Source: a bacterium
GTDB lineage: Archaea; Thermoplasmatota; E2; JACPAO01; JAHFTW01
DNA: 64,000 nucleotides
NCBI GenBank assembly: GCA_040390065.1
Contig: JAZJZE010000005.1
Location: 373,170 to 437,169, forward strand
Reading direction: 5' to 3'
The translations under genes were made by a program, and so were the position numbers. The notes beneath the pieces are model-generated. The model saw only the letters and a list, made by a program, of their open reading frames with translations, ran no database searches and was not told the origin of the DNA. Within the stretch, counting starts at the first letter, position 1, and every line of letters begins with the position of its first letter. Below are positions 1 through 11,419 of this stretch, piece by piece.

Positions 1-1122
1 GGCCTTCGGGTGCGCTGCCCTGAAATCGCGCAAGCCGGAGAACGACGGGTCCGTCATGGCTTGGTTCCACGCCTCCGAGGGCAACAGCGGGACGTTCAGC
101 CCCTTGTCATCCGGTCCCCAGGGCTTGCTGGGCGCCATGACGAGGCCGGGGATGGGATCTCGCGGCGCTGGGCCCAGGGTCCTTGCCACCGTGCCGGGGG
201 CGTAGCTGACCAGGACCATCGTGGCGTGGTCGCCGTTGTCGTCCGTGCTGCGGGCCTCCAACTTGAGAGGGGAGGAGATGCCCGAGGCAAACCACACGGA
301 GACCTGGTACTCCTTCAGCGAGACCTCATCGGACGAGAAGTCCATGACGGCATCCGTCAAGACGCGGCTGGCATCGAAGCGCAAGGCGGGCCGACCGTCC
401 AGCATGTCCAACGCCTTGGCTTGGTACGTCCCCGCCGGCAGGGTGGCAACCTCGCCAATCGTGCACGTGTCCTCCAGAAGGAAGGAGGCGCCGACGGCAA
501 ACGTGCGGCCCTGCGCCGGGTTCACGAACAGGCAGAAGGCGTCGCCCACGCCGAAGGAGCGGCTCTGGCTCTTCTCATGCGTGACGATCTGGCTGTGGAT
601 GACTTCCGGCAGGCCGCCGACCGTGAGAGGAGAGCCCAGCAGGCCGCCGTCCGTCACGTTGCTCGTCGTCCGGTTCGATTCCGATGCCCAGACCTGCGAC
701 GAGCCTTGCTCGAACAGGATGGCGCCGTGGTACGATTCCCAAGGGTTGTGGTCGGGCTTGCCGTCGAAGTCGAAGTCGAACGTGTTGAGCTCGTCGTAGC
801 GCATGCCTTCGACGAGCCCGCGGTCCGTGGCGTGCACGAGCCCATCCGCCATGCGCACGGGCTCGCCCTTGCCGAAGCTGAAGTTGGCAAACGGCGCAGC
901 GCCATGGGCAAACGGTCCATCCAGCCAAGGACCCTTGAGGTCGAGCGAATAGCTGCCCTTGTCGCCAAGGTGCGCAACAGGAACCTGCACGTCGCGGCGG
1001 GCTGCGGACGTCTGCGAATTGGCATTGCCGGCGCCGACCACGCCGACGAGGATCGAACTCGTGAGGATGGCGATCAAGACGGCGGGCAGCAGGCGGCGGC
1101 CCAAGCGGGCAGGTCGGGTCAT
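1..1122 (-). CDS. Secreted/membrane protein, paralog of the wHTH-fusion proteins at 2731 and 5049 (runs off the left edge; not in the ORF track)
   Basis: Manual translation from ATG 1122: MTRPARLGRRLLPAVLIAILTSSILVGVVG...VAHLGDKGSY...FCLFVNPAQGRTF...GPDDKGLNVPLLPSEAWNQA...LRDFRAAHPKA; the blocks match both downstream paralogs. Confidence 0.8.
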   Translation of the reverse strand, partial: MTRPARLGRRLLPAVLIAILTSSILVGVVGAGNANSQTSAARRDVQVPVAHLGDKGSYSLDLKGPWLDGPFAHGAAPFANFSFGKGEPVRMADGLVHATDRGLVEGMRYDELNTFDFDFDGKPDHNPWESYHGAILFEQGSSQVWASESNRTTSNVTDGGLLGSPLTVGGLPEVIHSQIVTHEKSQSRSFGVGDAFCLFVNPAQGRTFAVGASFLLEDTCTIGEVATLPAGTYQAKALDMLDGRPALRFDASRVLTDAVMDFSSDEVSLKEYQVSVWFASGISSPLKLEARSTDDNGDHATMVLVSYAPGTVARTLGPAPRDPIPGLVMAPSKPWGPDDKGLNVPLLPSEAWNQAMTDPSFSGLRDFRAAHPKA

Positions 1123-1235
1123 TTGGACACCACTCGCACCACCTTGGGATGTAGTTAAAGGTAGAGTGGAGCAGGGTTCGAATCCACCGGGCTATCCCTG
1201 GAGGGAACGTCGAATCGACCCGGGATTGGCCGAGG

Positions 1236-2693
1236 TCATCCGCCGCCGGGGGAGACCCGGTCCGCGGAGGGCACGGTCTGCTTCTTCGGGTCTAGTGCGG
1301 CGTCGATCCTGGCCTTCGGCAGGCCGGCGTCGCGGTAGGCGATCTCGCGCACGGTCTTGTGCTCCTTCTGGCTCGTCTTGGCGATCTGCGCCGCCTTGTC
1401 GTAGCCGATGAGCGGGTTGAGTGCCGTGGCCATGGAGACGCTGCGTTCGACCGCGGCGGTGGCGCGTTCCGCGTTGGCCTTCGTGCCGGCCAGGCAGTTG
1501 TCGACGAAGACGCGCGACACGGCCGCGAGAAGGCGCGTGGACTCGAGCAAGTTGTGCGTCATCATCGGGAGCATGACGTTGAGGTCCAACTGGCCCCACT
1601 GGCCGCCGATCCGCACTGCGGCGCAGTTGCCCGTGACGTGGGCGCCTACCATCGTGACGGCCTCGCAGATGACCGGGTTCACCTTGCCAGGCATGATGCT
1701 GGAGCCCGGCTGGATGGCGGGGAGTTGCAGTTCCCCAAGGCCGCAGTCGGGGCCGGAGCCCATGAGGCGGACGTCGTTGGCGATCTTCATGAGGCTCGCG
1801 GCCACGGTGTCGAGGGCGCCGGCGGCAAAGACGTAGGCGTCGCGGCTGGCTTCGGCCTCGAAGTGGTTCTTGGCTTCGACGAACTTGAAGCCCGTTGCCT
1901 CCGTGAGTTTCGCGGCCACGCGGGCGCCGAATTCCGGATGGGCGTTGAGGCCGGTGCCGAGGGCCGTGCCGCCTTGCGCCAATTCCAGCAGGCCTTCCTC
2001 GGCTTGGCGGATGCGTCGGATTCCCAACTCGATTTGGCGGGCGTAGCCGGAGAATTCCTGGCCGAGGCGGATGGGGACCGCGTCCTGCAGGTGCGTGCGG
2101 CCGACCTTGACGACGTCGTCGAACTCCTTCGACTTCCGGACGAGGCAGTCGTGCAGGTACTCGAGGGCAGGGATGAGTTCGTGCTCGAATTGCAGGACGG
2201 CGGCGACGTGCATCGTCGTCGGGATGACGTCGTTGGAGGATTGGCAGAAATTGACGTGGTCGTTCGGGTGAACGTTTTCGCCAAGGATCTGCGTGGCAAG
2301 GTGCGCGACGACCTCATTGGCATTCATGTTGGTGGATGTGCCGGAGCCGGTCTGGAAGACGTCGATGGGGAAGTGCTCGAGGTGTTCGCCCTCGTAGATG
2401 GACAGCGCCGCTTGCGCGATGGCATCGGCCACGGCGGGCTTGAGGAGCTTGAGGTCCTTGTTCGCCATGGCGCACGCCCACTTGACGAGGCCGAGGCTGC
2501 GCACGAACTCGGGGGGCAGGTGCAATCCGGAGATGGGGAAGTTGAGGACCGCCCGCTGCGTGCTTGCGCCCCAGAGTGCGTCGATGGGGACCTCCATCGG
2601 GCCCATCGAGTCCTTCTCCGTCCGCGTCGCGGGGCCTTGGCCCTTCTCGTAGTCGGAACCCGGTTCGGCGGCAGCCACTGCCTTCTTGGCCAT
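1236..2693 (-). CDS. fumC: Class II fumarate hydratase
   Basis: EKDSMG, QTGSGTSTNMN, QSSND, GRTHLQDA, GSSIMPGKVNP signature; start chosen at MAKKAV. Confidence 0.95.
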   Translation of the reverse strand: MAKKAVAAAEPGSDYEKGQGPATRTEKDSMGPMEVPIDALWGASTQRAVLNFPISGLHLPPEFVRSLGLVKWACAMANKDLKLLKPAVADAIAQAALSIYEGEHLEHFPIDVFQTGSGTSTNMNANEVVAHLATQILGENVHPNDHVNFCQSSNDVIPTTMHVAAVLQFEHELIPALEYLHDCLVRKSKEFDDVVKVGRTHLQDAVPIRLGQEFSGYARQIELGIRRIRQAEEGLLELAQGGTALGTGLNAHPEFGARVAAKLTEATGFKFVEAKNHFEAEASRDAYVFAAGALDTVAASLMKIANDVRLMGSGPDCGLGELQLPAIQPGSSIMPGKVNPVICEAVTMVGAHVTGNCAAVRIGGQWGQLDLNVMLPMMTHNLLESTRLLAAVSRVFVDNCLAGTKANAERATAAVERSVSMATALNPLIGYDKAAQIAKTSQKEHKTVREIAYRDAGLPKARIDAALDPKKQTVPSADRVSPGGG

Positions 2694-2730
2694 GGCGGGG
2701 CCGACGGGGGCAGGGGAGAAAAAGGGTGGG

Positions 2731-4944
2731 TCAGGCCGCCACGGCGGATGGGCCGCCAACCAGCATCAAGCCGGCGAGGTCAGCCCGGAGGATGCCGGCC
2801 TTGCGCAGCCTGTCAACGTGGTAGTGCACGGTAGGCGGGCTGACGCCAAGCCGCCTGGCGACCTCCGCCGATGTCACGCCTGGCTGCCCCCTGGCTGCCG
2901 CCAGGATGGCCTTCGCCACGGGCGATTTGACAAGCGGTGCGGCCTCCATCGCAAGGCGGCCTGTTCCGCGTGGAAAATAGCACGTATAGCCGTGCCGACG
3001 GGAGGCAACGACAGCCCCTGCTTCCGCCAACGTGCGCAGGTGGTGCTCGACGGCGCCGTTGCCGATCCCAACCCGGCGCACGAGCTCCTGCAGGTGGATT
3101 CCTGGTTCGCGCTGAACCAGTTGCGCGATGCGGGCCCGCGTAGGATTGGCGAGCACGTCCTCGGCCTGGACGCGGGAAAACAGCCCGACGGCGCCGCCCT
3201 TGGCTGCAGGCCAGACCCACCACAGGAGGCCGGCAATGATGGCCAGGCCTCCGACGGCCTCGACGGCCGGAACGCTCGGCCATTTCCAGAAACCCGCTGC
3301 GCCGGCGTCAAGCGGCGTGAATGGCTGCTTGGAGGCGGGAAGTTGGGCGGCTGCTGGGGCGACGTCGGTCTTCTCTCCCGACGATACGGTCATGAAGGCG
3401 TGCGGTCCGTCTTCTGGCACGGTCCACTCGAGGTACTGCCCCGATGACTCGGTCGTCTGCAGCGGGTTGAAGCTCCCGAGGCCCGTCAGGTTGTAGTGAG
3501 CCTCTCTGTGTCCCGCCTGGTAGTACGGCTGGGCCTGCGTGCAGGACGCCTTGGTGACTTGATCATCGTAACATCCGAGCCAGAAGTCCCACGCGTTTGG
3601 CGCCGGCCGGACTTCGCCTGGCCGGAAGGCCTGATACTGCGCGAACATCGAGGCTACCGTGGGCGTCATCGCGGGCAGATTGTCCCGCGGTAGGAACCGC
3701 ATTCCGTCGAAGAACTGACCAAACTCCGCATCGCCCTGGAATTCGTCGTGTCCGGCTTGCCGCACGGGCCCGAGCCCTCCCAGGGCGGGCACGGTGCGAA
3801 TCGCATCGAAAGCGAGGCGCGCTCTCGGATCGGCGGCAATCATCCGCCACGTGTAGGAGACCTCCCCGAATGCATTCGTGGATTGCGACAACCGGGCGGC
3901 GCCCAGGTAGGCGGTGGGGTGAGCTGCCAGGAAGGTCCGAACGTCCGAGTAGATCACGTCCGATTTCGCTTCGGCCCACGCCTCGGATAGAGGAAACGGG
4001 TGAACGACGCCGGAATCCTCGACGATAGTCTCTGTCCGCGGCGCCATCTTGACTGGGGGCATCGACGGTAGTGCCACGCCAGACTTGTCGGCGATTGGCA
4101 CGCGTCCGCGCTCGAAGGATACCAACCGATACGAGTATCCTCCACGCTCCGGATTCCACGGGTCGACGACGAACTTCATGCGCACCGGGTATGGAATGTC
4201 CTCCTGGAACCAGAGACGCAGGTCCGTGCCGTTGAATCGTGAACTGAACCAGTCCACGACAATCGTCCGGTGGGGGGCATTGGGAACCTCGCCTCGCGGA
4301 ATGAGGAAGGCTGTGCGCGTCGTATTGATCGTCGCGAGGTCGCACCCGCCTAGTTCGGGAAGCGGCTTCTGCAAATCCCACGTGCGGCCTTGGAGGGCGC
4401 TCCGCCCTCCGCATGGTGCTTGAACGTCGGCGAAGACGGTCTGGTCCCAATCGCCAGTGGTGGAATGGGGCAGACCAGGCAACGGGGTCTCATTGTACGA
4501 GTATCCGCCGGCCGTGCGCAGGTTCCAGGCCGTGCCATCGACGGTTCCCGCAGCAAAGTGTGTGGCGCCGCTGTACCCGAATCCGGCGGCTGACACAACG
4601 GTCGTCCCGCCTGGGTCATCGCCGAGGAGCATGCGGCGCCACGAGAAGCGATTTGCCAGGACGGGGGAGGTCCCCTGGTAGTCGATGACGTCGCCAAGGG
4701 TCTCGAAATCCACGCCTTCGGAAAGCGGGAACCTGTAGGTTCCGTTGCCCTCGAAACGATACTGCCCACGATCGCCGACATTTGGCCACGCCAGGGTGAA
4801 TGGCGCAGGCGGGGCGGAGGACTCGCCGGGGTGTGGAGCCGCGGCGATGACGGTCCCGACACCGCCGACAAGCAGGGCCGTGAGTACCGCGGCGGCGATG
4901 TGCTTGGGCTGCGTGAGTTTGGCGTGCATCGGCTTGTGGGCCAT
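2731..4944 (-). CDS. Membrane-anchored protein: N-terminal TM/signal, large extracellular domain, TM, C-terminal double winged-HTH
   Basis: Hydrophobic N-terminus, TM near aa 560-580, then LANPTRARIAQLVQREPGIHLQEL...HHLRTL and PGVTSAEVARRLGVSPPTVHYHVDRL. Confidence 0.8.
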   Translation of the reverse strand: MAHKPMHAKLTQPKHIAAAVLTALLVGGVGTVIAAAPHPGESSAPPAPFTLAWPNVGDRGQYRFEGNGTYRFPLSEGVDFETLGDVIDYQGTSPVLANRFSWRRMLLGDDPGGTTVVSAAGFGYSGATHFAAGTVDGTAWNLRTAGGYSYNETPLPGLPHSTTGDWDQTVFADVQAPCGGRSALQGRTWDLQKPLPELGGCDLATINTTRTAFLIPRGEVPNAPHRTIVVDWFSSRFNGTDLRLWFQEDIPYPVRMKFVVDPWNPERGGYSYRLVSFERGRVPIADKSGVALPSMPPVKMAPRTETIVEDSGVVHPFPLSEAWAEAKSDVIYSDVRTFLAAHPTAYLGAARLSQSTNAFGEVSYTWRMIAADPRARLAFDAIRTVPALGGLGPVRQAGHDEFQGDAEFGQFFDGMRFLPRDNLPAMTPTVASMFAQYQAFRPGEVRPAPNAWDFWLGCYDDQVTKASCTQAQPYYQAGHREAHYNLTGLGSFNPLQTTESSGQYLEWTVPEDGPHAFMTVSSGEKTDVAPAAAQLPASKQPFTPLDAGAAGFWKWPSVPAVEAVGGLAIIAGLLWWVWPAAKGGAVGLFSRVQAEDVLANPTRARIAQLVQREPGIHLQELVRRVGIGNGAVEHHLRTLAEAGAVVASRRHGYTCYFPRGTGRLAMEAAPLVKSPVAKAILAAARGQPGVTSAEVARRLGVSPPTVHYHVDRLRKAGILRADLAGLMLVGGPSAVAA

Positions 4945-5048
4945 GGAGGGACACGGCGCGCCTGGCCTTATCAGGAGCGCGGGGGGATTCTCTAATGGCT
5001 AACGCCCAGTTGGGGCGTTTCTCTAATACCTTGCTCCAGGCCGACGAA

Positions 5049-7232
5049 TCACCCGGATGCCGCAATCGCCATCCCAGTCTCCGTCGGCTGCAGTGTCCCA
5101 GCAGCCACCAGGCCCGCGGCGCGCAGCCGCTCCAAGTGGTAGTAGACCGTGGCGGGCGCGATGCCGAGTCGGCGGGCGGCTTCCTGCGGCGTCATTCCTG
5201 GGTTCTTCCGCAGGAGGTCGAGGAGTTTCCGCGCCGCCGGTGCCCGCAGCGCCGGTCCGGCCTTGGCGAAGCGGTCATCGGTTCCGGCCGGGAAGTAGCA
5301 CGTATAGCCAGGTGCCCGCACGGCCTTGAGGAGGCCCGCCTCGGTAAGCTTCGCCAAATGGTGCTCCATGGTCCCGTTGGATTCGCCAAGCACCCGAAGG
5401 AGGGCCTGGTAGTGGATGCCGGGCTGCGCTTGCACGGCCTCGACGATGCGCCGGCGAACGGGGTTGTCGAGGAGTTCGTTGTCGCGGGTCTTGCTGAACA
5501 AGCCGACGGCGCCGCCCTTGGCAAGAGGCCACAGGTAGTAGGCGAGGCCGGCCACGAGGGCGCCGAAGGCCACGGTCGTGGCTTGCACCGGGGTGGGCGC
5601 AATCCACGTGGAGGCAGGGACGACGCCCGGTGCGGGGGCGACGGGGGCGGGCGGCGTGGACGCCAAGGGCGCGGCGCCTGCCGGCTGGTCCGTCTGCTCG
5701 GAGCGGTCGAACCGTTTGGCCGTGCCATCCGGTGCCCACGTCATCGTCGTCGCCCGCCACGTCGTCGTATCGGCTTGCAGGCCAGGGAATGCGGCCGTCG
5801 ACGTCGATGTGGCGTCGCCCGCCCAGACCATCTGGATGGGATATCCATCGGCCTGCTCCATGAAGCAGAATCCCCAGTCGTTGCCGACCTGGTTGGGGTC
5901 GCCCCACGGCCGCCACTGGGCCAGCATGCTGGCCACGCTCGGCATCGTCTGGGGCAGTTTGTCGAGGCTGACCGGCTGCATGTCGCTGAAGGGCCGGTCG
6001 GGGTCGACCTTCACGTCTGCTGGGGCGCCGGAGTTGCCGATCTGGTGGGTCCAGCGCCGCTCGATGCCCGTCTCGTGGATGCTGCCGCCGTCACTCACCC
6101 CGAAACTCCACCGTTCCCTGTGCTGGTCGGCGGGCAGAAGCGGCGTTGGGCTGTCGACGTGCCCGTCGAAGGCGATGTGCCGCGCCCACACCATGACGGC
6201 GCCGGGATGCTGGCCGAGGTACGTCGCGAGCTCCGGGTCCACGCCGGTGCGGGCGGACGCGAAGGCCTCCGACAATGGGAACGGGTGGACGACGCCGGTC
6301 TCGTCGGGACCGTCGACGTCGAGCGGCTGGAAGACCCACTGCGTCGGCATGGCCGCGTCCGAGGCGCTGCGCGCAAGGACCGTGCCGCGGGTGAAGCCTG
6401 TCATGGTCCACCTCTGCGTGGGGAATTCCATGGTGACCGGGTACGGGATTCCGGCGCGGTACACGAATTCGCCCTGCTTCGTCGGCTGGTCATCGTACAC
6501 GGCGGGACCATCGGGCACGCCTTGGTTGTAGCCGAGAGTCATCCACCACTCGACGCGCATGTCGCCGCTGTCGATGCGGGCGACGCGCAACTCGACGTCC
6601 TTCGTCTCGCCAGGGTTGGGCAGGTCCGAACAGGGATGTTCATCGGGGACGACCTGCCCGAGCGCGATCTCGCCGCCTTGGAACGGGTTGCGCAGGCCGC
6701 ACGGCAAGGAGGCGGTGCCTTCCATGTAGAACAGGCTCGTCCAATTGTTGGTCCGAACCTGGCCTGACGGGTCGGGGACCGAGCCGGGCGTTGCGTCGGT
6801 CTGCGAACTGCTCACCCGCAGGATGTCGGCGGCCAGGCTTCCGGCTGGAAGGAAGTGGTCCTCGTCGCGCGAGTCGTCGCCGCGGACGTCCTTGGTGAGG
6901 ATATGGTTGGCCCACATGGTCCCGCCGTGCAAGCCCGGGACCTGCTCGTCGGCAAGCCACGTGAAGTCGTAGCCCCAGTCGCCGGAGCCGTGGATTGTCG
7001 CCGGGTTGGGGAAGGTGATTGCGTACGCCGCGCGGTCGCCCACATTGGGCATGGGGATCTGGAAGGCGACGGCCGAATCCGGACCGAAATTGGCGGCGAG
7101 GTCGTGCTGGCCGTTCGCGTTTGCGAGCCCCACGGTCAGCCCGGCGCCTCCTCCCAGGAGGACGACGACGGCGACGCTGGCAAGGATGTGGCGCGGACGA
7201 TGCAGGATGGCGCGGTCCATGGGGGCAGACAC
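5049..7232 (-). CDS. Membrane-anchored double winged-HTH protein, tandem paralog of 2731-4944
   Basis: Same architecture; shared PNVGDR, GVVHPFPLSEA, KGGAVGLFS, PGIH, GYTCYFP; start may be ATG 7220. Confidence 0.8.
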   Translation of the reverse strand: MSAPMDRAILHRPRHILASVAVVVLLGGGAGLTVGLANANGQHDLAANFGPDSAVAFQIPMPNVGDRAAYAITFPNPATIHGSGDWGYDFTWLADEQVPGLHGGTMWANHILTKDVRGDDSRDEDHFLPAGSLAADILRVSSSQTDATPGSVPDPSGQVRTNNWTSLFYMEGTASLPCGLRNPFQGGEIALGQVVPDEHPCSDLPNPGETKDVELRVARIDSGDMRVEWWMTLGYNQGVPDGPAVYDDQPTKQGEFVYRAGIPYPVTMEFPTQRWTMTGFTRGTVLARSASDAAMPTQWVFQPLDVDGPDETGVVHPFPLSEAFASARTGVDPELATYLGQHPGAVMVWARHIAFDGHVDSPTPLLPADQHRERWSFGVSDGGSIHETGIERRWTHQIGNSGAPADVKVDPDRPFSDMQPVSLDKLPQTMPSVASMLAQWRPWGDPNQVGNDWGFCFMEQADGYPIQMVWAGDATSTSTAAFPGLQADTTTWRATTMTWAPDGTAKRFDRSEQTDQPAGAAPLASTPPAPVAPAPGVVPASTWIAPTPVQATTVAFGALVAGLAYYLWPLAKGGAVGLFSKTRDNELLDNPVRRRIVEAVQAQPGIHYQALLRVLGESNGTMEHHLAKLTEAGLLKAVRAPGYTCYFPAGTDDRFAKAGPALRAPAARKLLDLLRKNPGMTPQEAARRLGIAPATVYYHLERLRAAGLVAAGTLQPTETGMAIAASG

Positions 7233-7311
7233 TCCGGCCGGGGCTTAAGATGAGCCCGGTGCAAACGCTGACGACGGCGGCCAGCGGTGCAATCCTCGAA
7301 GAACTTTCTGG

Positions 7312-7812
7312 CTACAGTTTGTCCGCCGCATGTTCCCGACTGGCCTTGATGATGTCGGCGATGCGCTTGGCCTTCTCCATCTTCTGTTTCTCCTCGGCCG
7401 TGCTGGCGACGACGGCTGGCACGGGCGTCGGCTTGTTGTTGCGGTCGAGGGCGACGAACGTCATGTAGCAACTGGCCGTGTGCCGCACTTCGCCCGTCGT
7501 CGGGCTTTCGGCTTCGACGCGCACGCCGACGAGCATGCTGGTCTTGCCGACGTGGCGCACGGTGGCGTGGATCGTGAGGATGTCGCCGATGTAGACGGGT
7601 TCACGGAAATCCATGCGTTCGAGGCTCACCGTCACGACTTTGGGTACGCGGGCATGGCGCCACGCGGCGACGGCGGCGGCCTCGTCGATGTACTTCAGGA
7701 TGGCACCGCCGTGCACGTTGCCGTAGACGTTCGCCTCGTCCGGCGTCATGAGCTTCGACATCGTCGTCGCGGAACGGCTCATGGGGACGGCTTCGAGCTC
7801 GGCCTTGGGCAT
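7312..7812 (-). CDS. Acyl-CoA thioesterase (hotdog fold, YciA-like)
   Basis: ANVYGNVHGGAILKYIDEAA, VTVSLERMDFREPV, GKTSMLVGVRV, MTFVALD. Confidence 0.9.
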   Translation of the reverse strand: MPKAELEAVPMSRSATTMSKLMTPDEANVYGNVHGGAILKYIDEAAAVAAWRHARVPKVVTVSLERMDFREPVYIGDILTIHATVRHVGKTSMLVGVRVEAESPTTGEVRHTASCYMTFVALDRNNKPTPVPAVVASTAEEKQKMEKAKRIADIIKASREHAADKL

Positions 7813-7973
7813 GCATCGAGCAGCGGGAGCAGCGATTTCAGGGTGTCCCTCGCCCCAACACGGCATGAAGACGGTGGGCGTCTCCGTTTGCGCCCTGTAG
7901 GGAAAGTCCAGCAGGAATCCGAGGGCAAAGAGGAGGAGGGAATCATGCGAGTCCGTTGGCACCGGCGGAGGGC

Positions 7974-8201
7974 TTAGCCCTGGACGCAGACGCCGAAGAC
8001 GTATTCGCGGCACGGGTTGCCCTGCTGGCAGTACGAAACGCCGTAGCCACACGTGCAGTGGTCGTCGATGATGCCGTCGCACGGATTGTCGGCGCCGAGG
8101 TGTTGCCCAGCGATCTCGAACGCGCTGGCCGTGGGCGTAAGCACTGTCGCCATCATGACCATCGAGGCTGCCAAAACGAGCATTTTAGTGGTTGTCTTCA
8201 T
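7974..8201 (-). CDS. Small secreted Cys-rich peptide (75 aa)
   Basis: GGTGA RBS before ATG; signal peptide ending ASA; six Cys in the mature part. Confidence 0.7.
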   Translation of the reverse strand: MKTTTKMLVLAASMVMMATVLTPTASAFEIAGQHLGADNPCDGIIDDHCTCGYGVSYCQQGNPCREYVFGVCVQG

Positions 8202-8309
8202 GGGTTCACCTTGTTGTTGTCGCAGTCGCTTGGACTGCTTGGCGTGGCGACCGGCCCATTGCGATGATAGCCATTGGCGCAATTTCCTGAAAGTCCAGCA
8301 TGAATCTCG

Positions 8310-9191
8310 TCAAGCATCCGGAAACAGCGGCGCTGCAGGCCCCCGGGCAAAGCGGGCTCCCGTCTCTGGTCCGCCGAGCGCGGCCGCGACGCGTGGCAAG
8401 GAATCCACCGCGTTGCCTTCGAACGGGTTCGTGACGATGACGAAGCACTCCTTCCATGACGCATCCGTGAGCCGCTTGCGCATCTCGAGGACTTCGCCGA
8501 GGCGGTCGGCGACGGTGACGTGGCGGCCCCGCGTGTTGACGTGCTTGCCCGTGAAGCGCACGTAGCCCCGGGCCGCGGTGCGCCACGGGGGCGCGAAGGC
8601 CTTGGGGAACGTGGACCAGACCAGGGGTGCGTCGAAATCCTCCAGGATGTTCTCGACGGCGGGCACGAACCAGGAAGTGTGGCGAAGCTCGACGGCAAAC
8701 GTACCAGGCGGCGCGCTGCCTAGAATGGCAAGAAGCCGTTCCCAGCCTGCCTCCCGGTCGAGCGTTGGCGCGAATTGCACGAGTGTGGGTCCAAGTTTGC
8801 CCGCGGACCGCAGTGGCTTGAGCGAGACAAGGAACTCCTTGGTCTTCTCTTGGTCTACGTCGGCCTGTCGCTCCTGTGCCTTCGGCGTCTCCGTCAGTTG
8901 CGGGCGCAGCCAGGCGTAGCGCTTGCCGACGCGGCCGCCGCCCTTCATCGTCGGGCCGTGGGTTGCATCCTTGTGCAGCTTCGGCAGGAAAAGGAAGCCT
9001 TCCGGCGTCTGCGCGACCCAGTCCTGGAGCGTGCCCTCCTCGGCGGCCTGGTGGTGCAGGATGTCCGCCTCCACACAGTCGAACTTGGTGCTGTAGCGCG
9101 GAAGATACTCGGCGTGCAGCGTCCGCAGCGGGTACAGCGTGTGCTCGAAGTGCGCATTCGACCAGGCCGCAAGGCCAAAGCGGAGGCGCAT
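8310..9191 (-). CDS. DUF72 family protein
   Basis: GLAAWS, YSTKFDCVE, TPEGFLFLPK, LGPTLVQFAP, AVELRHTSW, YVRFTG. Confidence 0.85.
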   Translation of the reverse strand: MRLRFGLAAWSNAHFEHTLYPLRTLHAEYLPRYSTKFDCVEADILHHQAAEEGTLQDWVAQTPEGFLFLPKLHKDATHGPTMKGGGRVGKRYAWLRPQLTETPKAQERQADVDQEKTKEFLVSLKPLRSAGKLGPTLVQFAPTLDREAGWERLLAILGSAPPGTFAVELRHTSWFVPAVENILEDFDAPLVWSTFPKAFAPPWRTAARGYVRFTGKHVNTRGRHVTVADRLGEVLEMRKRLTDASWKECFVIVTNPFEGNAVDSLPRVAAALGGPETGARFARGPAAPLFPDA

Positions 9192-9271
9192 CACGGCGCC
9201 ATGGCCAGCCGCGGCATAAGGGCCTCTCCCCAAACGAAAACCGGAATGCACGGCAGAGCCTGGGGCGGCCG

Positions 9272-9652
9272 TTGCCCAACCCGACCGCGGGCGCCGCAGT
9301 CGACGCCTTCCGCCATGAATACGACCGCATCAACGACGCCGTCTACGGCAACACGTTGCCTCCCTTTCCCGGCGTCGACGTCGTGGACCGCACCGACATC
9401 TTCTCCATGACGCGCACGGTCGGCTTGGGGCCGTGGCGGGAACTCCGCCCGTTCCTCCTGTCGCGGCACGTCAAGGGCGATCTGCTGTTGGAAGCAATCC
9501 GTCACGAGGTCGCGCATGCGGCGGCACTCCTCTTCGACGACGACGAGGACCACGGGCCTGCTTGGCGACGGCACGCGGAACTCTGCGGCGCGCACCAGAT
9601 TGCCACCCTCGACGACGGCCATCCCCTCCGCCGCGATTGGCCACGCCGGTGA
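9272..9652 (+). CDS. SprT-like zinc metalloprotease
   Basis: IRHEVAH (HExxH) followed by HGPAW; start uncertain (TTG 9272). Confidence 0.7.
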   Translation: MPNPTAGAAVDAFRHEYDRINDAVYGNTLPPFPGVDVVDRTDIFSMTRTVGLGPWRELRPFLLSRHVKGDLLLEAIRHEVAHAAALLFDDDEDHGPAWRRHAELCGAHQIATLDDGHPLRRDWPRR

Positions 9653-9708
9653 ACCGGGCTTCCAGGTTTTCCCCAACCTTCATCTATTCCCCCCTGTCAG
9701 GGCCAATC

Positions 9709-10951
<1,243 letters not shown>

Positions 10952-10977
<26 letters not shown>

Positions 10978-11060
10978 CGCGCGCAGCGCGTCCGGCCTTG
11001 GGTCGGCGGGCGTTGCTGCTGCACACAAGGGCAGCAGCGCACCCACCCGACCGTCAAGGT
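10952..11060 (+). repeat. 19-bp direct repeat of the icd 3' end flanking a GC hairpin (possible terminator)
   Basis: CCCACCCGACCGTCAAGGT at 10952-10970 and 11042-11060; GCTGCTGC-N8-GCAGCAGC at 11015-11038. Confidence 0.7.
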
Positions 11061-11107
11061 GTCGTAGCGACGAAACGGCCGAGCGCAGCGAGCGGCCTTT
11101 CGAGGCC

Positions 11108-11347
11108 CTATTCGTTGACGCTCAACTGTCCGTCGTCCTCGTCATCCGCCGGATACGTGTCGGGCCGCATCACGGTCATGGGCACCGGTGCAAGTGTGAC
11201 GACGGTGCCGATGACGATGAGCAGCAGGCCCCAGAGACTGCGGTGGTCGACGAGGGTGACGAGGCCCCCGGCGAAGGTGAAGACGCCCGCGACCTTGGTG
11301 AACAGCGTCAGGAGCTTGTAGTCGCGCTCCGACAGCACCAGGGGCAT
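11108..11347 (-). CDS. Small two-TM membrane protein
   Basis: Two hydrophobic segments, acidic tail, host-like codon usage. Confidence 0.6.
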   Translation of the reverse strand: MPLVLSERDYKLLTLFTKVAGVFTFAGGLVTLVDHRSLWGLLLIVIGTVVTLAPVPMTVMRPDTYPADDEDDGQLSVNE

Positions 11348-11419
11348 GCTTCGTTCGACGCCCGGGCGCTATTTGTCGGTTGTGGGAGGGGCGGTCCAGG
11401 CCTGCCAGCGGCCTCGGCC

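Noticed and set aside
10-1158. 382-aa plus-strand ORF and similar long ORFs (1359-2834, 4995-6767, 9697-11046, 16652-18148, 26686-28698, 59747-60610)
   Set aside because: Antisense or alternate-frame shadows of well-supported genes, typical of high-GC DNA; no motifs
1147-1198. tRNA-like string (GGGATGTAG...GGTAGAG...GGTTCGAATCC...ATCCC)
   Set aside because: Only about 52 nt, no anticodon arm and the T-stem does not pair; it overlaps the probable promoter (TTTAAC on the minus strand) of the 1122 gene
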